Source: Caulobacter sp.
Lineage (GTDB): Bacteria; Pseudomonadota; Alphaproteobacteria; Caulobacterales; Caulobacteraceae
DNA length: 64,000 nucleotides
Direction: 5' to 3'
Assembly (NCBI GenBank): GCA_028291265.1
Contig: JAQGIK010000064.1
Span: forward strand, 6,082-70,081
The first letter of the stretch is position 1. Each line of letters starts with the position of its first letter. Below the pieces are notes generated by a model. It ran no database searches and was not told the DNA's origin. It saw nothing but the letters and a program-made list of their open reading frames with translations. Below, one piece after another: positions 59,822-64,000 of this stretch. The position numbers and the translations under genes were made by a program.

Positions 59822-59950
59822 TCACGGCGGCTGATACTGTCTTGGCCGATCCGAAACATGGGACAATAGGGCTGCCGCTTCGATAAGCCCGAGCCCGCCC
59901 ATGCCCCCGTCAATCCCGGCTTCAGATCGCCGTCAAGGGCGCCTCATGCC

Positions 59951-59983
59951 GACTTCAAATCGACTTCAAACAAACTTCAACCC
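59951..59983. repeat. Three 11-bp-period direct repeats (ACTTCAA core)
   Basis: GACTTCAAATC GACTTCAAACA AACTTCAACCC. Confidence 0.7.
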
Positions 59984-60031
59984 GCCCGGGGTCAAGCTGT
60001 TGAAATCCCTCAACAAGGCTGCGCAATCCCG

Positions 60032-61639
60032 TCACCGGTCCTCGATCAGCATCCCCGCACCCTTCTCGGCCATCATCAACGTTGGCGAATTGGTATTCCC
60101 CGACACGATCCGCGGCATGGCCGAGGCGTCCACCACCCGCAAACCGCCGACCCCGCGCACCCGCATCCGCGCATCGAGCACGGCCCGCGCATCGCCGTCC
60201 GGCCCCATGGCCGCCGTCCCGACCGGATGGAAGATGGTCGTCCCCAGCTGCCGCGCGGCGTCGAGCAGTTCGGCGTCCGAGGTCAAGGCGGCGCCGGGCC
60301 GATATTCCTCCGGCCGGTACTTCGCCAGCGGCGCCTGGCCGACGATGGTCCGCGTCAGCCGCAGGGCCTCGACCGCCACCTGCCGATCCTCCTCGGTCGA
60401 GAGATACCCCGGCGCGATCCGCGGGCTGGCGTCCGGATCGGGCGACACCACCTGCACCTCGCCCCGGCTCGTGGGCCGCAGGTTGCAGACGCTGGCCGTG
60501 AAGGCCCCGAACGGGTGCATGCCGTCGCCCCATTTGTCGAGCGACAGCGGCTGGAAATGGAACTGCAGGTTGGCCGTCGCGTAGCGGGCGCTCGACCGGG
60601 CGAACAGCCCGACCTGCGACGGCGCCATGGTCAGCGGCCCACGCCGGAACAGGGCGAAGTCGACGCCCATCATCCCGCGCCGCAACAGGTTGGCGTAGTC
60701 GGTGTTCAGGGTCCGCACGCCGCTGACCTTGAACACCGGCCTGATCTGCAGATGGTCCTGCAGGTTGGCCCCGACCCCCGGCGAGGCGTGGGTGACCGCA
60801 ATTCCCGCCGCCGCCAGCCGGGCCGGATCGCCGATCCCCGACCGCTGCAGGATGGCCGGCGAGCCGATGGCCCCGGCGCTGAGCACCACCTCGCCCCGGG
60901 CCCCCGCCGTCACCGTCCGCCCGTGCCGGCGATAGACGACGCCGACCGCCCGGCCGCCCTCGATGAGCACCCGGTCGACCGTCACCCCGGTCTCCAGCCT
61001 CAGGTTCGGCCGCTTCAGAACGGGTTTGAGAAACGCCGTCGCCGCGCTGACCCGCAGGCCCCGCCGCTGGTTGACCTGGAAGTAGGAGGACCCCTCGTTG
61101 TCGCCGCCGTTGAAGTCGTCGACCTTGGCGAATCCCGCCGCCGCCGCCGCCTCGCGGATGGCGTCGAGGATCTCCCAGCGGATGCGCGGATACTCCACCC
61201 GCCACTCGCCGCCCGACCGGTGCAGGCCGCTCGGCGGCGCCACATGGTCCTCATGCTTCAGGAAGGCCGGCAGCACGTCCTCCCAGCCCCAGCCCTCCAG
61301 GCCCAGCTGCCGCCAGCCGTCGTAGTCGGCCGCCTGGCCGCGCATGTAGATCATGGCGTTGATCGCCGACGACCCGCCCAGCACCTTGCCGCGCGCATAG
61401 GCCAGGGCCCGGCCGCCCAGCCCCTCCTCGGCGGCGGTCTGATACATCCAGTCGGAGCGCGGATTGCCGATGGCGAACAGGTAGCCGGCCGGGATGTGCA
61501 GCCAGATCCAGTCGTCCTTGGCCCCGGCCTCGAGGATCAGCACCTTGCGGCCAGCGTCCGCCGACAGCCGGTTGGCCAGCAGGCAGCCGGCCGAGCCCGC
61601 GCCCACGACGATGTCGTCCCAGAGGATGTCCCCGCTCAT
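60032..61639 (-). CDS. GMC-family oxidoreductase (choline dehydrogenase-like)
   Basis: VVGAGSAG, GKVLGGSSAIN, NLQDHL, HPVGTA, GNTNSP. Confidence 0.95.
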   Translation of the reverse strand: MSGDILWDDIVVGAGSAGCLLANRLSADAGRKVLILEAGAKDDWIWLHIPAGYLFAIGNPRSDWMYQTAAEEGLGGRALAYARGKVLGGSSAINAMIYMRGQAADYDGWRQLGLEGWGWEDVLPAFLKHEDHVAPPSGLHRSGGEWRVEYPRIRWEILDAIREAAAAAGFAKVDDFNGGDNEGSSYFQVNQRRGLRVSAATAFLKPVLKRPNLRLETGVTVDRVLIEGGRAVGVVYRRHGRTVTAGARGEVVLSAGAIGSPAILQRSGIGDPARLAAAGIAVTHASPGVGANLQDHLQIRPVFKVSGVRTLNTDYANLLRRGMMGVDFALFRRGPLTMAPSQVGLFARSSARYATANLQFHFQPLSLDKWGDGMHPFGAFTASVCNLRPTSRGEVQVVSPDPDASPRIAPGYLSTEEDRQVAVEALRLTRTIVGQAPLAKYRPEEYRPGAALTSDAELLDAARQLGTTIFHPVGTAAMGPDGDARAVLDARMRVRGVGGLRVVDASAMPRIVSGNTNSPTLMMAEKGAGMLIEDR

Positions 61640-61756
61640 GGTTGCGATCCTAGAGCGCGCCGGCTTCCGACCCAAGCCCGCGGACCGCGCTTGACGTCAG
61701 GGCGCGGCGGGTTTCGAATGTCGGGTACGCTCCGCCAGAGAGCCGGGAGAAACGTC

Positions 61757-62932
61757 ATGCCCTACGTTGAAGGCCAGACCGTCCACGACGCCGACGCCCA
61801 TGTCATGGAACTGCCCGGCACCATCGAGCAGTACATCGACCCGGCCTGGCGCGAGCGCTTGGCGGCCAAGCTGCGCAAGAAGTCCGACGGTTTCGCCGAC
61901 GAGGCGCGCGCCCTGCAGGCCGATCCGCAGTTCCGGGCCGGGGCCGACGAGGCGCTGCTGCTGCGCAAGAACTACCAGGCCATGGGCGCGTTCGACAGCG
62001 CCGACCGGCCGCGCGCCGTCGACCTGCTCGGCTTCGCCAGCCAGCTGGTCTTCTCGACCGCCGGCCTGTTCCTGTTCACCCTCGAGCACGGCGACGACCC
62101 GGATCTCGCCGTCGAGGCGGCCCGGGCCCACAACCGCATGATGATCGACTACTGCCGGGTCGACCGCCGCCTGCTGCCCACCGCCTACGTCCCCCTCGTC
62201 GACCGCGCCCGCGCCGTGGAGGTGGCCCGCGAGGCGATTGCGATGGGGGCGAAAGGCCTGATGATCCCCAGCCGGGTTCCCCGGGGCCATGCGCCGAGCC
62301 ACGCCGACTTCGACCCGCTCTGGGCCCTGGCCCAGGAGGCCGGCCTGCCGATCCTGTTCCACGTCGGCGGCGAGCTGAAGACCGACCCGGCCTATTTCAA
62401 CAATGGCGGGCCGCAGGTGCTCGACTTCCATGGCGGGGCCGAGAACTTCACCTCGGTCAGCTTCATGTCGATCCCGGTGGCCATCTGGCAGACCCTGCCG
62501 GTGCTGGTCTTCGACGGCGTCTTCGACCGCTTCCCGAACCTCAAGTTCGGAGCCATCGAACTCGGCGCCGGCTGGCTGCCCAGCCTGATGCAGTTCATGG
62601 ATTCGGCGGCGCTGGCCTTCCACCGTGAGGAGCGCATCCAGAAGCTTTCCGGCAAGCCCAGCGACATCCTCAAGCGCCAGTTCTTCGCCACGCCCTACCC
62701 GCACGAGAACGTTGGCTGGATCATCGCCAACGGCTGCGAGGACATCGCCCTGTTCTCATCCGACTACCCGCACGTCGAGGGCGGCCGCAATCCGCTGAAG
62801 CGCTTCAACGAGAGCCTCGAAGGCGTCTCGGCCACGGCGCGCGGCAAGTTCTTCCGCGACAACTTCATCGCCCTGATGGGCAATGGCCTTGCCGCGGACC
62901 TGCACGAGATCCCGGGCCTGGAGGCCGCCTGA
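61757..62932 (+). CDS. Amidohydrolase-2 family metalloenzyme
   Basis: HDADAH, LFHVG, AIELGAGW, FSSDYPHVEG. Confidence 0.9.
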   Translation: MPYVEGQTVHDADAHVMELPGTIEQYIDPAWRERLAAKLRKKSDGFADEARALQADPQFRAGADEALLLRKNYQAMGAFDSADRPRAVDLLGFASQLVFSTAGLFLFTLEHGDDPDLAVEAARAHNRMMIDYCRVDRRLLPTAYVPLVDRARAVEVAREAIAMGAKGLMIPSRVPRGHAPSHADFDPLWALAQEAGLPILFHVGGELKTDPAYFNNGGPQVLDFHGGAENFTSVSFMSIPVAIWQTLPVLVFDGVFDRFPNLKFGAIELGAGWLPSLMQFMDSAALAFHREERIQKLSGKPSDILKRQFFATPYPHENVGWIIANGCEDIALFSSDYPHVEGGRNPLKRFNESLEGVSATARGKFFRDNFIALMGNGLAADLHEIPGLEAA

Positions 62933-62935
62933 GTC

Positions 62936-63166
62936 CTAGGATTCTTCTTCCAGGGTGACGGCGACGTCGCCGTTGGCCGACAGCCGCACCTTGCCGTCCT
63001 CGATGTCGGCGACCAGGCCGCCGTCGATCCAGTGGTGATGGTTGTGGGTCGTCGACTGCTTGGTCAGCTTGATGCGGCCGCCCTCGACGCTATCGACGAC
63101 GCCGACATGAACGCCATCGGCGCCGATGACTTCGGCGTGCTCTTTGACCTGATCCAGAATGGACAT
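62936..63166 (-). CDS. DUF2171 family small protein
   Basis: AAAGGAGA RBS; EVIGADGVHVGVVD.VEG.RIKLTK. Confidence 0.85.
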   Translation of the reverse strand: MSILDQVKEHAEVIGADGVHVGVVDSVEGGRIKLTKQSTTHNHHHWIDGGLVADIEDGKVRLSANGDVAVTLEEES

Positions 63167-63295
63167 GATGTCTCCTTTGCAGACCAAACGGGCGGACGGC
63201 GCTCAGGGTTGCTCCGCCCAATTCACGGCAAGAGGGCTTGCCCTCCCCAAGGGCGCCCCGGCAAAAGGGCGACACCAAACCAGGAGGATGCCCCG

Positions 63296-64000
63296 ATGAC
63301 CTTCAAGCCCTTCGACCTGACCGGCAAGGTCGCCCTGATCACCGGCGGCAACGGCGGCATCGGGCTTGGCATGGCCGAGGGCCTGGCGGCGGCCGGCGCC
63401 GACGTCGTCATCTGGGGCCAGAACCCCGACAAGAACGCAAAAGCCGAGGCGACGCTGAAGGCCTACGGCGGCAAGGTCATGGTCCGCCCGGTCGACGTGG
63501 CCAACGAGCAGGCGGTGGTCGACGGCGTCGCCGAGGCGCTGGCCCAGATGGGCCGGCTCGATTTCGTGGCCGCCAACGCCGGCGTCGGCAAGGGCGCGGC
63601 CTTCACCGAGATGACCACCGAGAACTGGCGCCGGGTCACCACCGTCAACCTCGACGCCGTCTTCTGGACCTTCCGCGAGGCCGCGAAACACATGGTCGAG
63701 CGGGCCGGAGCCGGCGATCCGGGCGGCAGCCTGCTGGTCACCTCCTCGACCTCGGCCATCCACGGCGCGCCGCGCAACCAGGCCTACGCCTCGTCCAAGG
63801 CGGCCGTGCAGGCGATGATCCGCGGCCTGGCCGTCGAGTTCGCCCGCTACGGCATCCGCGCCAACGCCGTGCTGCCGGGCTGGATCCGCTCGGACATGAC
63901 GGCCGGCGCCCAGGCTAACGACAAGTTCAACGACAAGGTCATCAGCCGCGTGCCGATGCGCCGCTGGGGCGACCCCGAGGACTTCGCCGGCCTGGCCGTC
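63296..64000 (+). CDS. Short-chain dehydrogenase/reductase (3' truncated by window)
   Basis: CAGGAGGA RBS; TGGNGGIG, ANAG, YASSK. Confidence 0.93.
   Translation, partial: MTFKPFDLTGKVALITGGNGGIGLGMAEGLAAAGADVVIWGQNPDKNAKAEATLKAYGGKVMVRPVDVANEQAVVDGVAEALAQMGRLDFVAANAGVGKGAAFTEMTTENWRRVTTVNLDAVFWTFREAAKHMVERAGAGDPGGSLLVTSSTSAIHGAPRNQAYASSKAAVQAMIRGLAVEFARYGIRANAVLPGWIRSDMTAGAQANDKFNDKVISRVPMRRWGDPEDFAGLAV

Overview
GC-rich alphaproteobacterial DNA; Caulobacteraceae-like is my inference from composition and gene types. No rRNA, tRNA, CRISPR array or transposase is visible. The left end holds the 5' part of a giant, probably type I-secreted adhesin (7 FG-GAP blades plus at least 17 cadherin-like repeats) that runs off the window. 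The standout is a ~23 kb locus (7436-30421) of three operons. (i) Pentaheme c554-like cytochrome, tandem HbpS/GlcG lipoprotein with a Gly26 tether, outer-membrane beta-barrel, and a 1300-aa decaheme/LVIVD-propeller protein. (ii) An FAD/NAD(P)-oxidoreductase-2x cNMP-binding-4x[4Fe-4S] fusion, a di-heme-b-like membrane protein, an FHA-TM-decaheme cytochrome, a CHASE2 adenylate cyclase and a CpdA-type phosphoesterase. (iii) A divergent ccmF-G-H-I heme-lyase module. I infer a cyclic-nucleotide-gated trans-envelope electron-transfer or redox-sensing system, and I know of no characterised equivalent. The rest is accessory metabolism and regulation: Rieske oxygenase, ALDH/ALS, tyrosinase, DUF885, thiolase, a NodVW-like two-component cluster with three alpha/beta hydrolases, PadR, an ATP-grasp/YqcI/DUF1989 operon, BVMO, tandem TetR, CocE/NonD, GMC, amidohydrolase and SDRs, plus several REP/MITE-like palindromic elements. 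All family assignments come from motifs read by eye; no database search was run.
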